From: an uncultured Candidatus Hydrogenedens sp.
Lineage (GTDB): Bacteria; Desulfobacterota_D; UBA1144
Reading direction: 5' to 3'
DNA length: 64,000 nt
Assembly (NCBI GenBank): GCA_902609885.1
Contig: CACLTT010000003.1
Span: forward strand, 8,809-72,808
A program made the translations under genes and the position numbers. Every line of letters starts with the position of its first letter. Positions within the stretch are counted from its first letter, which is position 1. A model generated the notes under the pieces. It had not been told where the DNA came from and ran no database searches. It saw only the letters and a list, made by a program, of their open reading frames with translations. Positions 26,842 to 37,570 of this stretch are shown here, in pieces.

Positions 26842-28515
26842 ATGAAATTTCTATTAATTTTAAACCTTCTTTTGTTTTTTTCATTTCCATCTTTCGCAAA
26901 CACAAAAACTTGTATCGAAAAAGATCCTGTAGGTACGAAATACGAGATGACTAATCCAACCATTGCTTCTGGTGAATCCTATTTTAGAAATGAAGACCCT
27001 GTAAGGGCATTTTATAATTTCTACCAAATGCATTTAGAAAAAGGAGATCTTTCAAAAGAATCCAGAAAAAAAAGACCTTATCTCGATCAAAATCTAGCAT
27101 CTGCAAGAGCCTGGATAGGTTGGATGTATTCTGAAGGTATATGTGTTGAGAGGAATTATATAAAAGCAGCCGAATGGTATCAACGAGCTGCAAACACAAC
27201 TAATAAAATAACAAAAAGAAATATATGGCTTTATGGAAATTTAGCTCAACTTTATCTTGATCAAGGATTTGGAATTAGTAAGCCTGAACTTGGTATTAAA
27301 TATCTCTCAAAAGCTTTTGAATTTAAGAAATTTGAAGAGAAATCATTCGAGTTTGATTTATTAGTTTGGACAATTAATAGTATTCACAATCTATATAAAG
27401 AGGATATTCAGCAATTTTTGGTAGCTTCACTTGCTTTAATTAAATATTTGGATTTTGATTTCCCTGAAAGTAAAGAATTAAAGGAAAATGCTTCTTTTAA
27501 TTCATTAATGAAAAAAAATGGAATATATAAAAAATACTATTTGATAAAATATTATTTAGGAAAAGAATTGCTTACTGGAGAAAATACAGAAAAAAATGAA
27601 TATATAGGATCAAAAATGATTCTCAATGCTAGTAGAATTGGAAAAATAAATGAAGCTGGTATTTATGCTGCTGAAGTTAATGAAAAAGGTTTAGGAGATT
27701 ATGATAGAAATATTCAATATGCACTAGATTGGATTGACTGGAGCCTTAAAGGTACCAAAGATAAAGAATATATAAAAGAACTAAATGTGAAAAAAGATAG
27801 GATAATTCAGAATTTATCAGATAAAGATATTAAAGATCTTTATGGTTATAAGAATCGTAAATCATGGGAATTTGGTAGAAAATATGCGATATCACAATCC
27901 TATATTGATGAAATTAGTAAATTTAAAGTAGCTGACGATAAAACATTGACTCAGGCTATTGAAAGAGGAATTGATGAGGATTATCTATTTAAATCTTTTG
28001 GTCAAAACACCGAACTTAGCGAAAAAGAGCAAGGCATTTTATATCAATTTCTTGTCGATGAAAAAGAAGCCTCGGGTAAAATATTTACATCAGCTTTAGA
28101 TATCAAGGAAAAGAGAGATGAAGAAAATGCTAAGAAAGCTGAAGAAGAGGAAAAAATAAGGGCTAAGGAAAGAGCAAAAAGACTAGCTGCTAATCCTTAT
28201 AAAATAGTTATCAGTTGTGAGCATTTTGATAGTCATACCAATATAAATGCATGTTTACTAGGTGACATTGATAGTAAAATAAAAATAACTAAAAGTGGAA
28301 GTAGTTATATTTATCAACCCTGGGATTTACAACGCCTAGGTAGCGAAACTTATGAGGGATTAGAGTTTAATATTTCTTCTAACTCATCTGTGGGTGCTTC
28401 AAATGTAAGTGAATATTTAATTTTAAAAATTGAAGTTTATGACAGAATATCAAATAAGCTGATTAAAACTGTGAGTGCTGGATATTTAGATTATGCTTAT
28501 GTTAAACTAAGATAA
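26842..28515 (+). CDS. Exported Sel1-repeat protein
   Basis: Signal peptide; IGWMYSEG..V.RNY.KA.EWYQRAA Sel1 repeat. Confidence 0.7.
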   Translation: MKFLLILNLLLFFSFPSFANTKTCIEKDPVGTKYEMTNPTIASGESYFRNEDPVRAFYNFYQMHLEKGDLSKESRKKRPYLDQNLASARAWIGWMYSEGICVERNYIKAAEWYQRAANTTNKITKRNIWLYGNLAQLYLDQGFGISKPELGIKYLSKAFEFKKFEEKSFEFDLLVWTINSIHNLYKEDIQQFLVASLALIKYLDFDFPESKELKENASFNSLMKKNGIYKKYYLIKYYLGKELLTGENTEKNEYIGSKMILNASRIGKINEAGIYAAEVNEKGLGDYDRNIQYALDWIDWSLKGTKDKEYIKELNVKKDRIIQNLSDKDIKDLYGYKNRKSWEFGRKYAISQSYIDEISKFKVADDKTLTQAIERGIDEDYLFKSFGQNTELSEKEQGILYQFLVDEKEASGKIFTSALDIKEKRDEENAKKAEEEEKIRAKERAKRLAANPYKIVISCEHFDSHTNINACLLGDIDSKIKITKSGSSYIYQPWDLQRLGSETYEGLEFNISSNSSVGASNVSEYLILKIEVYDRISNKLIKTVSAGYLDYAYVKLR

Positions 28516-28613
28516 TGTTACCTATTTGGACAATGCTTTTTTTTATTTTTTTTACAATTTTTTTAGCACTTAATTATGAGAGTATATTCAACTTCCTTGG
28601 AATAAATATATAA
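28515..28613 (+). CDS. Possible 32-aa membrane peptide
   Basis: TAATG overlap with the upstream stop; MLPIWTMLFFIFFTIFLALNYESIFNFLGINI. Confidence 0.35.
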   Translation: MLPIWTMLFFIFFTIFLALNYESIFNFLGINI

Positions 28614-28616
28614 ATT

Positions 28617-29390
28617 TTACTTATTATTATCTTCGTCAATTTTAGACTTCCAATAAAGCATGTCTCCTGTTTCACAAAGAAATTGTTTTTTTATTTGATT
28701 GTTAATTGGGTTTAAAACAACTGAACGCGGTTCACCAATTTGTGCAATTTTACCTTTATCAATGATTGCGAGTTTATCTGCTACCTCAAGGGCATCATTA
28801 AAATCATGTGAAACAATCAAAGATGTAATCTTCTCATCTTTTAATATCTCTTTGGTATCTTTACGCAATGAAAATTTTAGAGCCCTATCAATCGAACTAA
28901 ATGGTTCATCCATCAATAATATCTTGGGAGACGGGGCAAGAGCTCTTGCAAGAGAAACCCTCTGTTGTTCCCCGCTTGATATTTCATGAGGATAGGAATC
29001 TCTATAATTTATAATTCTAAATATATTCATTAAATATTCAGCTCTCTCAATTTTATAACCTTTTTTACCTTTTAAACCGAAACAAATATTATCTATTACT
29101 TTTAAATGAGGAAATAATGCTCTTTCTTGGACAACTAATCCAATTTCTCTTTTATTCGTATCTATAAAAGACATATGGTCAGAAATAACTCTGTCTCCAA
29201 GGATAATCTCACCACCGGATTGCTTTTCTAATCCTGCTATTATTCTTAATAAAGTTGTCTTACCCGCACCAGACTCACCAATAAGACAGGTAATCTCGCC
29301 ACCAATCAACTCTAGACATAACTTGTCTAATATAGGGCTATTTCCATATGAATGCTCAATATTATTCAAAATTAATTTATTCAATTTCAT
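28617..29390 (-). CDS. fbpC: Fe3+ ABC transporter ATPase
   Basis: GESGAGKT, ALFPHL, PHEISSGEQQR, DEPFS. Confidence 0.8.
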   Translation of the reverse strand: MKLNKLILNNIEHSYGNSPILDKLCLELIGGEITCLIGESGAGKTTLLRIIAGLEKQSGGEIILGDRVISDHMSFIDTNKREIGLVVQERALFPHLKVIDNICFGLKGKKGYKIERAEYLMNIFRIINYRDSYPHEISSGEQQRVSLARALAPSPKILLMDEPFSSIDRALKFSLRKDTKEILKDEKITSLIVSHDFNDALEVADKLAIIDKGKIAQIGEPRSVVLNPINNQIKKQFLCETGDMLYWKSKIDEDNNK

Positions 29391-30966
29391 CTTTTCCTAT
29401 TAATTTTATTAATATGATTATAGGTATTAAACAAGCTATTACAATACCGATTGATGGCGCAGCTGCCTCTATCATTCTTTCATCAGAAGCATAATTATAG
29501 GCAGAAACAGATAGAGTATTAAAATTAAAAGGCCTAAGAATAAGAGTGGCAGGTAATTCTTTTATAACCTCTATCATAAACACTAATGTTCCAATTAAAA
29601 AACTCGATTTAAGTAATGGCAAATGTATTGATTTTAAAATTCTTCTATTTGGGCTCCCAAGACTTGATGCAACATTATCTAAATTTATAGATATTTTTTT
29701 AAAACCTGAACTAATTGAAGAATTTGTAACAGCATAAAACTTTACACAATAAGCAAATATTAAACCTATGAGAGATCCAGTTAAAATAATATTTGAGATA
29801 TTATCTAATATCAAAAAGAAGTTAAGAACTCCAAGTGCAAGTACTATTCCTGGAATTCCATATCCAGATGTAATTATTTTATTAATAAAGCTAAGAAAAT
29901 TATTTTTCTCTATTCGAATAATATAATTAATAATTGTTGCTATAGATAAACATATAATTGAACTTATAGCAGCAAGGGATAATGAATTTGTTATAAGACT
30001 AATAAAACCTGAAGAGAAAAATGATGTTTCATAAAATATAGTCCAATAAATAAGTTGAAGAAAAGGAATAAAAAAACCTATAAATATTGGAAGAGAACAA
30101 ATGATAATTGCAAAAAATTCTTTATACCCTTTCAATGGTGTTGGCACTAATTCTCTGTTACTTGTCGAGTTTGAAGTATATAAAATTTTTCTACGAGAAT
30201 ATTTTTCAATTAAAATTAAAAATAGAAAAATCATAAATAATATACTTGCCAGCTGCTTGGCAGTTGTTAAATCATTTAATCCAAACCAAGTTCTAAAAAT
30301 ACCAGATGTAAAAGTTGGGATAGCAAAGTGTTCAACAGCGCCAAAGTCTGATAGAACCTCCATAGCAACCAACATAAGAGCTGCAACTATTGAAGGTCTT
30401 GCAATTGGCAATGCAACTTTAAAAAAAGTCTTAAATCTTGATAGGCCAAGAGTACGAGATACATCAAAAATATCTCTTGATTGATTTAAAAAAGATGTTT
30501 GAGATATTAAAAATACATAAGGATATAATGTAAAAGAAAAAACAATTATTGCACCTGTTATATTCCTAACAGATGGAAACAGTACTGTCTCGGGATCTAA
30601 TTGAAATATAAATCTTGCCAAATCATTTGCAGTTCCATAGCTATCAAATAAACCAGTAAATGCATATGACATAATATATGGCGGGATTGCAAAGGGCAGA
30701 ATGAGGGCCCATGAAAAAAATTTTTTTCCTCTAAACTCACATGTTGATATAATCCAAGCGGTCGATACACCAAGAATAAATACCCCAATAGAAACACCAA
30801 TAAATAGTTTTAATGAATTCAATAAATATTCTGGTAGAACTGTATCAACTAAATGAACCCAGTTAGATGAAAAATCTTGCGCAAGACTAAGGAAAATAAA
30901 TATTGCAGGTAACGAAAAGATTATAGCAACAATAAAAATTGGGGATAAAGAAAAAAAATTTCTCAT
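29377..30966 (-). CDS. fbpB: Fe3+ ABC transporter permease
   Basis: Duplicated permease halves; YPYVF, SDFGAV, KELPATLILRPFNF. Confidence 0.85.
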   Translation of the reverse strand: MRNFFSLSPIFIVAIIFSLPAIFIFLSLAQDFSSNWVHLVDTVLPEYLLNSLKLFIGVSIGVFILGVSTAWIISTCEFRGKKFFSWALILPFAIPPYIMSYAFTGLFDSYGTANDLARFIFQLDPETVLFPSVRNITGAIIVFSFTLYPYVFLISQTSFLNQSRDIFDVSRTLGLSRFKTFFKVALPIARPSIVAALMLVAMEVLSDFGAVEHFAIPTFTSGIFRTWFGLNDLTTAKQLASILFMIFLFLILIEKYSRRKILYTSNSTSNRELVPTPLKGYKEFFAIIICSLPIFIGFFIPFLQLIYWTIFYETSFFSSGFISLITNSLSLAAISSIICLSIATIINYIIRIEKNNFLSFINKIITSGYGIPGIVLALGVLNFFLILDNISNIILTGSLIGLIFAYCVKFYAVTNSSISSGFKKISINLDNVASSLGSPNRRILKSIHLPLLKSSFLIGTLVFMIEVIKELPATLILRPFNFNTLSVSAYNYASDERMIEAAAPSIGIVIACLIPIIILIKLIGKDEIE

Positions 30967-31007
30967 TATTTTTAAAAAATATTTATTTGGCAGATTGAAT
31001 TTTTAAA

Positions 31008-32054
31008 CTATTTCCAACCGGCAACATCCATTAGTCTAACAGCTTTTGGATTATTAATGCCTAATTCTTTTACCTTTAATTTATCTTCTTTGTATTTTGA
31101 ACCTAAACCTTTAATAACTGGACTTGGCTCAACTTTATCAATAATTGGGTATTCATAAGTATTTAAAACTATATGTTTTTGAATATCTTTTTCTAATAAA
31201 AATTCAATGTATTTAAGAGCATTATTATAATTTTTAGAATTTTTTAGAATACCTGCACCACTAATATTAACATGAACACCTCTATTGCTTGTATTAGGAA
31301 AAGCTACTGATACTTTTTCAGCAGCATTCTTCTGCTTTTCACCTGACTTACCTGAAAGCATTATTCCTAAATAATAATGATTAACAATGGCTAAATCAGC
31401 CTCACCGTAAGCAACTGCCATAACTTGTGCTCTATCATTACCTTGGGGCTTCCTGGAAAAATTTGATACAAAACCTTTTAGCCATTCTTTAGTTTTAGAT
31501 TCCCCATTGTGATATATCAAAGATGCAATTAAAGATTGATTGTAGATATTTGAAGAGCTTCTAATAGCAATTTTATTTTTAAAATCATTTGACGCTAAAT
31601 CCTCGTAGCTTATATTTTGCATTTTATTCTTATCAAATTTATCAGAGTTATAAACAATAACTCTAAATCTTTTAGCTATTCCAATCCACTTGGCATCTGG
31701 GCCAATAAACCTTTTATCTAATAGTTTTGCGATTTTGTCTGATTTTATTTTTTGAAAATATCCCTCTTTTTCAACTTTCCATAAGTTTCCTGCATCAACA
31801 GTAATAAAAATATCTGCAGGACAATTTTTTCCTTCTGACTTAATTCTTTCAAATAAAGCATTCCCCTTACCAGTAATATAATTAACCTTTATACCGGTTC
31901 TATTTTCAAATTCTTCATATATTTTAATATCTGAATCATAGTGTCGAGAAGTATAAATATTGACCTCCTCTTGTGAAAAAGAATCTTGATATGGTAATAA
32001 AAGAATGAAAAATATCAACAATAAATTTTTCATAAATTTTATTATAGATATCAT
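31008..32054 (-). CDS. fbpA: Fe3+ ABC transporter substrate-binding protein (FutA/FbpA)
   Basis: YTSRHY, TVDAG, RSSSNIYNQSL, NHYY, HVNISG; start 32054 or 32033. Confidence 0.85.
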   Translation of the reverse strand: MISIIKFMKNLLLIFFILLLPYQDSFSQEEVNIYTSRHYDSDIKIYEEFENRTGIKVNYITGKGNALFERIKSEGKNCPADIFITVDAGNLWKVEKEGYFQKIKSDKIAKLLDKRFIGPDAKWIGIAKRFRVIVYNSDKFDKNKMQNISYEDLASNDFKNKIAIRSSSNIYNQSLIASLIYHNGESKTKEWLKGFVSNFSRKPQGNDRAQVMAVAYGEADLAIVNHYYLGIMLSGKSGEKQKNAAEKVSVAFPNTSNRGVHVNISGAGILKNSKNYNNALKYIEFLLEKDIQKHIVLNTYEYPIIDKVEPSPVIKGLGSKYKEDKLKVKELGINNPKAVRLMDVAGWK

Positions 32055-32116
32055 ACATCCATAATACAAGTAAAAAAAAAATTAATAAAAAATTAATACA
32101 ATGTTAATATGAAAAT

Positions 32117-32671
32117 ATGAATTCAAAGATACCAATATCTCTTACCTACTTCAGAATAATAATAATTCCTTTTTTTATTTTTACTTATTTCCTCCCAACA
32201 CCTAAAGGAGAATGGATATCTTGTTTTATTTTTGTAATCGCGGCATTTACAGATTATTTAGATGGAAAATTGGCTAGATCAATGAACCAAGAATCTAAGT
32301 TGGGAATGTTGTTAGATCCTGTAGCAGATAAAATAATTGTTACAGTAGCATTACTGCTTATGATTCATGATGGAAAAATCGATGGTTTTCATTTTTATGC
32401 TGCTGTAATCATTATTATCAGGGAAGTTCTCGTTTCTGGGTTAAGAGAATATTTAGCGAAAATTCAAATATCCCTACCTGTAACTCAACTTTCGAAAGTC
32501 AAAACTTTTATTCAAATGTTTTCAATATCAGTCCTACTATCTGGCGAACCTGGAAATTTATTCTTGCTAGGCTACGGCACTATAATTGGGATATTAGGCC
32601 TATGGATTTCAACTATTATTTCTGTGCAAACGGGATATGTTTATACAGTAAAGTGCTTAAAGCATACTTAA
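32117..32671 (+). CDS. pgsA: Phosphatidylglycerophosphate synthase
   Basis: TDYLDGKLAR...LDPVADK CDP-alcohol phosphotransferase motif. Confidence 0.9.
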   Translation: MNSKIPISLTYFRIIIIPFFIFTYFLPTPKGEWISCFIFVIAAFTDYLDGKLARSMNQESKLGMLLDPVADKIIVTVALLLMIHDGKIDGFHFYAAVIIIIREVLVSGLREYLAKIQISLPVTQLSKVKTFIQMFSISVLLSGEPGNLFLLGYGTIIGILGLWISTIISVQTGYVYTVKCLKHT

Positions 32672-33459
32672 AGATTTTTTATAAATTCATTAATATTATT
32701 TATAAGTTTTTGGTCAAAATTCATCATGTGTTTATCATTTTCAGGAAAATAGTATTCAATTCTTGACTGAGTTCTATTCATTAAAATATCACTCATGAAT
32801 TTTGGAACTAAATCATCTGATTTTCCATGCAAATAAAGTACTGGGCACTTAATTAATGATATTTTTTCTAGGTTATCAAATTTATCTTTTATAATTAACC
32901 GAACTGGTAAAAAAGGAAATTTTCTTTTTCCCATCTCAACTAGTGATGTAAAAGGAGATTCTAATATTAGTCCTTTTGGATTGTTTTTCTTTGCAATTTC
33001 AATTCCAACACCGGTTCCTAAAGATTCACCATATATAACAATTTCATTCTCATCATATCCATATTCTAAAAGCCAATTATAAGCAAATTGTGCATCCAAA
33101 TAAATATTATTCTCTGTGGGAACGCCTTCATTACCATTAAAGCCTCTATAGGATATAAAAAGGTAATTATATCCACTATTATCAAAGGCATTTGCTTTAT
33201 ATGTTCGATTTTCAAGATCTCCTGCATTTCCATGAAAAAATAAAATAATAGGTTTATCTATCTTTTTATTTGAAAACCACGATTTTAATTTTATATTTTT
33301 ATTTTCTAAATATATAACCTTATTATTTTTATTAATTTTTTCATATTTAATATAATTATTAATATTTGGAAAATATATAAAATCTCTTTGATTTATATAC
33401 ATCAGAATACAAACAAAAAAATATGAAACTAATATAATTATTATTGACTTTAAAAGCAT
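32668..33459 (-). CDS. Alpha/beta hydrolase (ABHD13/Bem46-like)
   Basis: FHGNAG, YRGF, GESLG, HG-x-x-D. Confidence 0.85.
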   Translation of the reverse strand: MLLKSIIIILVSYFFVCILMYINQRDFIYFPNINNYIKYEKINKNNKVIYLENKNIKLKSWFSNKKIDKPIILFFHGNAGDLENRTYKANAFDNSGYNYLFISYRGFNGNEGVPTENNIYLDAQFAYNWLLEYGYDENEIVIYGESLGTGVGIEIAKKNNPKGLILESPFTSLVEMGKRKFPFLPVRLIIKDKFDNLEKISLIKCPVLYLHGKSDDLVPKFMSDILMNRTQSRIEYYFPENDKHMMNFDQKLINNINEFIKNL

Positions 33460-33501
33460 ATTAAATTTGTCCTCTTATATATATTAATATAAAATTAATA
33501 A

Positions 33502-33567
33502 ATGAGATATTTTGCATTATTATTATTTTTAGTTTCTATTTTAGTTTCTTGCTCAACTTATAAATAG
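33502..33567 (+). CDS. Possible 21-aa lipoprotein-signal mini-ORF
   Basis: MRYFALLLFLVSILVSC-STYK*; TAAAAT 6 nt upstream. Confidence 0.35.
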   Translation: MRYFALLLFLVSILVSCSTYK

Positions 33568-34344
33568 CTAATATATTTTAGGATTTTTTTCTGGTTTGCC
33601 AAAATTACCTGAAATTCTAAGTACTTTTAATTTATGAGTACCATCTTCATTTAGTTCTAAATCTAAATACCCGGGATTTATTGTATCGAGTGTAAATTCT
33701 TCAGAAGAGTATTTGAATTGGGCGCTTGTTGATGGAGTAGATATAAATACCTTATCCCTCATAATATTTTTTGTATATTGATGAATATGGCCAGAAATAA
33801 TCAACTTTAAATTTAGAATTTTTGAAAGCTCCTCTCTAATTTTAACAAAATTTCTTGTTATATGGATGTCTAACCAAGGAGAAAATGTTTCAAACAAATT
33901 ATGATGTAAATATAAAATTCCGAACGATTGTGGTTTTTTATTTAAGATTTTTTTAATTTTATCTATTTTATCATGTGTAATTTCGCCATATATAGCACCT
34001 TTTTTATAAGATTCTATTGGTATAAAAATCCAATTTTCAAAACTAAATGGAGGATTATGCTCTACAAAATCATTAATAGGTAATATTTTTTTAATATCAT
34101 GATTACCACGGATTAATAATTTTTTAATTTTTATTCTAGATAATTGTTTATTTAAAAATTCAAATGACTCTTTTTTTTGATCTTGTATCATATCTCCTAA
34201 AAAAAGTACTAATTCATATTTATCAATATTTTTTACTAAGTTATTAACAACTGCCTTAAAAGACCTAAATGTATCAATTCCTAGAAATGATGAATTTTTA
34301 ATTAAATGTGAATCTGAAATAATCGCAATTCTGAATTTCTTCAT
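33568..34344 (-). CDS. CpdA-like metallophosphoesterase
   Basis: SDSH, GD, GNHD, HH, GHIH, PSTS. Confidence 0.75.
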   Translation of the reverse strand: MKKFRIAIISDSHLIKNSSFLGIDTFRSFKAVVNNLVKNIDKYELVLFLGDMIQDQKKESFEFLNKQLSRIKIKKLLIRGNHDIKKILPINDFVEHNPPFSFENWIFIPIESYKKGAIYGEITHDKIDKIKKILNKKPQSFGILYLHHNLFETFSPWLDIHITRNFVKIREELSKILNLKLIISGHIHQYTKNIMRDKVFISTPSTSAQFKYSSEEFTLDTINPGYLDLELNEDGTHKLKVLRISGNFGKPEKNPKIY

Positions 34345-34386
34345 TTAACTGTATTATATTACATAACTTTTTGTTAGAATATCACA

Positions 34387-35013
34387 ATGAATAAATATAT
34401 AGCAGAATTATACGGAACATTCTTATTGGTATTAGCCATTATAGGAACTTTTATTATGACTCAATCCTTAGGAGCTCCTTCTTACATTACTTTGTTAACA
34501 GTAGCATTAGCCGTTGCACTTGTATTACTTTCTAACATAACAATTTTTTCAAAAGTCTCAGGCGCTCACTTTAATCCTGCAGTTAGTTTAATGATGTATT
34601 TGAGGAAAAATATAACTTTTCAGGAATTTATTTCCTATTCATTATTACAAATATTAGGTGCTGTCTCAGCGGTCATTTTTGCTCACTTAACATTTGATTT
34701 TGGACAAACTTCCATTTCTTTTGTTTCAAGAAGTACAAATGGAATATTGCTATCAGAATTTTTAGCAACTGCTGGGCTGCTTGTAGCTATTATTCATTCA
34801 GAGAAATTTTTTCCTGACAGAGTGCCTTCTGTTGTTGCCTCATATATTTTTGCGGCTACCTTCTTTACAACCTCAACCTGTTTTGCGAATCCAGCTGTAA
34901 CAATCTCTAGAATTTTTACCGACACTGGGGTAGGTATAAATTTAGAATCTGCGATGATGTTTGTTCTTGTTGAATTATTAGCAGTATTTATTGTTTCAAA
35001 AGCAATTAATTAA
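34387..35013 (+). CDS. MIP/aquaporin family channel
   Basis: SGAHFNPAV and FANPAVT motifs. Confidence 0.85.
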   Translation: MNKYIAELYGTFLLVLAIIGTFIMTQSLGAPSYITLLTVALAVALVLLSNITIFSKVSGAHFNPAVSLMMYLRKNITFQEFISYSLLQILGAVSAVIFAHLTFDFGQTSISFVSRSTNGILLSEFLATAGLLVAIIHSEKFFPDRVPSVVASYIFAATFFTTSTCFANPAVTISRIFTDTGVGINLESAMMFVLVELLAVFIVSKAIN

Positions 35014-35222
35014 TGCTTAGCTATCATCGATTGGATTGAAAGACTTACAGATGGATCTTCAGTAATACTCAGTTGTTCTTCTATTTTTTCATTAACTATT
35101 CTATATGCAATTTTAAGCATATTAGTATCTGAAAAAACTTTAAAATAATCCAGGCGCCTAATTTCATTTGCCAAAAGATTGCAAGCTTGATTTTTCTTTT
35201 CTTTATTACTCATGGACAGCAA
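35010..35222 (-). CDS. Small hypothetical protein
   Basis: ORF with TTGACA upstream on the minus strand; no family recognised. Confidence 0.5.
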   Translation of the reverse strand: MLSMSNKEKKNQACNLLANEIRRLDYFKVFSDTNMLKIAYRIVNEKIEEQLSITEDPSVSLSIQSMIAKH

Positions 35223-35388
35223 TTATCCAGTATTAATTTATTTTTGTCAAGAATATAAATTAAAAATTTATTATATTAATTTAATTTAAAAAATTAATTT
35301 TGATAGAATGTATATTTGTCTAATTTTTTATTTAATTTTTAGTCAAAATCTTTGACATTTTCTAAAGTATGGACTATAAAGTTAATAT

Positions 35389-35444
35389 AGGCTTATATCC
35401 TATAAATTCGTCTCCTCCTGATTTTAGATATAAGCCTTTTTTTT
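35389..35444 (+). ncRNA. Putative hairpin sRNA with anti-SD loop CUCCUCCU
   Basis: TTGACA-17-TATAAA promoter (35352-35380), stem AGGCTTATATC/GATATAAGCCT, loop containing TCTCCTCCTG, U8 tail. Confidence 0.6.
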
Positions 35445-35514
35445 GTTTGTCATTCGCTCTTTTTTTTACTAAAATAACTATGGTTTAAAAAAAATTAAAG
35501 AAGGAGTTTTCACA

Positions 35515-35730
35515 TTGATAGGTGAATCTATAAATTTCATGATTTTGGGAATGGCAACAGTATTCTCTTTTTTATTGATCATGATATTAATATTAAGAAT
35601 ACAAGCTTATATAATTTCCAGGCTAGTAGCTGATGATAACTTTAGCTCAAGCTCAGAAACAATTATAAATGATAAAAAAAAGGTTGCTGTAATTTCAGCT
35701 GCTATAGAAAAACACAAAGAAAACAAATAG
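35515..35730 (+). CDS. oadG: Na+-translocating decarboxylase gamma subunit
   Basis: LGMATVFSFL TM segment, VAVISAAI..H; AAGGAG RBS. Confidence 0.8.
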   Translation: MIGESINFMILGMATVFSFLLIMILILRIQAYIISRLVADDNFSSSSETIINDKKKVAVISAAIEKHKENK

Positions 35731-35751
35731 TATTTTATAGAAAGAAAAGAT

Positions 35752-37566
35752 ATGAGCAAAAAATATATAGATATAATGGATACGACATTCAGAGATGGAT
35801 TTCAGTCAGTATTTGGCGGTAGAGTTTTAATAGAAGATTTTATGCCTGCCGTAGAGGAAGCTGCAAAAGCGGGGATAACTCATTTTGAATTTGGTGGTGG
35901 CGCTAGATTTCAAAGTTTATTCTTTTATCTTAATGAAAATGCATTTGATATGATGGATAAATTTCGTGATGTAGTTGGGCCAAATGCTAATCTGCAAACT
36001 TTATCAAGGGGGATAAACACAGTTGCATTAGATACGGGTAGTAGAGAAATTGTAGATTTGCATGCAAAAATGTTTAAAAAACATGGAACAACTACTATTA
36101 GAAATTTTGATGCTTTAAATGACGTTTCGAACCTTCAATATAGCGCTGAATGTGTAAACAAACATAACCTAAAACATGAGGCAGTAATAACAATGATGGA
36201 CTTACCTCCAGGTTGTGTTGGGGCTCATACAGTTGAATTTTATGAAAATATATTAAAACAAATACTAGATGCAGAAATGAAATTTACTTCACTATGTTTT
36301 AAAGATGCCAGTGGAACTTCTCATCCAAAAAAAGTTTATGAGACAATAAAAATGGCAAGAAGGCTTCTAGATGATAAAATGCACGTTAGGTTCCATACAC
36401 ATGAAACTGCTGGTGTGAGTGTAGCGTGTTATCTTGCTGCACTTGAAGCTGGTGCAGATGGTATTGATACAGCAGTAGATCCATTATCTGGTGGAACTAG
36501 TCAGCCTGATCTTTTGACAATGCTTCATGCAACAAAAAATTCTGAATTTAATCTTGGAGATCTAGAATCAAATAAAATACTTAAATACAGAGAAATTTTA
36601 ATAGAGAGATTAAAAGATTATTATTTTCCAGGTGAAGCCCAAAAGGTATCACCATTAATTCCATTTTCTCCCATGCCAGGAGGAGCATTAACAGCTAACA
36701 CTCAAATGATGAGAGATAATAATATCTTAGATAAGTTCCCGCAAGTCATAGACGCAATGGGCGAAGTAGTTGAAAAAGGTGGGTATGGAACATCAGTTAC
36801 ACCAGTTTCTCAATTTTATTGGCAGCAGGCTTTTTCAAATGTTATGTTTGGAAATTGGAAAAAAATAGCTGATGGATATGGAAAAATGGTGTTAGGATAT
36901 TTTGGAAAAACTCCAACAAAACCTAACGAAGAAATTGTTAAGTTGGCATCTGAGCAGTTAAAGCTTGAGCCTACGACAGAAAACCCTTTGGATATAGCGG
37001 ATAGAGATGAAAAGAAAAGCATTAAATATTGGACAAAGATTTTAACTAACGAAGGTTTAGATGCGACCGAAGAAAATATTTTTATTGCAGCTGCATGCGC
37101 TGAGAAAGGAATTGAATTTTTAAAAGGTGAGATCACTGCTAATGTGAGAAAAATTGACCCTGCATCTGATAATGAACTTCAAAAAACTGATAAAAAAATT
37201 GATAATACTGCATCTGTTTATACGGTTATTTTAGATGGTGAAAAATATAACGTTCAAGTAGCAGAAGGAGAAGATATAGATATTACTCCAGCCACGAATG
37301 TTCAAAAAAAACAAGCTACAGATTCTGGAAAACAAGATACTTCTTCGGAATCAGGAACGGGCGTCAAGGCTCCTGTTAATGGAGTTGTTATAAAAATTAT
37401 TTCTAACATAGGGGATAAAGTATCAGCAGAGCAAACTGTATTAATTTTAGAATCGATGAAGATGGAAATTGAGGTAAAAGCTGGAAATGATGGTTCTATT
37501 GCTTCAATAGATGTTACAAAAGGTCAAAATGTTGAGGAAGGTCAAGCAATATTTACCTTAAAATAA
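35752..37566 (+). CDS. oadA: Oxaloacetate decarboxylase alpha / pyruvate carboxylase B subunit
   Basis: RDGFQS, FKD, HTH, MPGG, VTPVSQ, biotinyl domain ESMKM. Confidence 0.85.
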   Translation: MSKKYIDIMDTTFRDGFQSVFGGRVLIEDFMPAVEEAAKAGITHFEFGGGARFQSLFFYLNENAFDMMDKFRDVVGPNANLQTLSRGINTVALDTGSREIVDLHAKMFKKHGTTTIRNFDALNDVSNLQYSAECVNKHNLKHEAVITMMDLPPGCVGAHTVEFYENILKQILDAEMKFTSLCFKDASGTSHPKKVYETIKMARRLLDDKMHVRFHTHETAGVSVACYLAALEAGADGIDTAVDPLSGGTSQPDLLTMLHATKNSEFNLGDLESNKILKYREILIERLKDYYFPGEAQKVSPLIPFSPMPGGALTANTQMMRDNNILDKFPQVIDAMGEVVEKGGYGTSVTPVSQFYWQQAFSNVMFGNWKKIADGYGKMVLGYFGKTPTKPNEEIVKLASEQLKLEPTTENPLDIADRDEKKSIKYWTKILTNEGLDATEENIFIAAACAEKGIEFLKGEITANVRKIDPASDNELQKTDKKIDNTASVYTVILDGEKYNVQVAEGEDIDITPATNVQKKQATDSGKQDTSSESGTGVKAPVNGVVIKIISNIGDKVSAEQTVLILESMKMEIEVKAGNDGSIASIDVTKGQNVEEGQAIFTLK

Positions 37567-37570
37567 ATAT

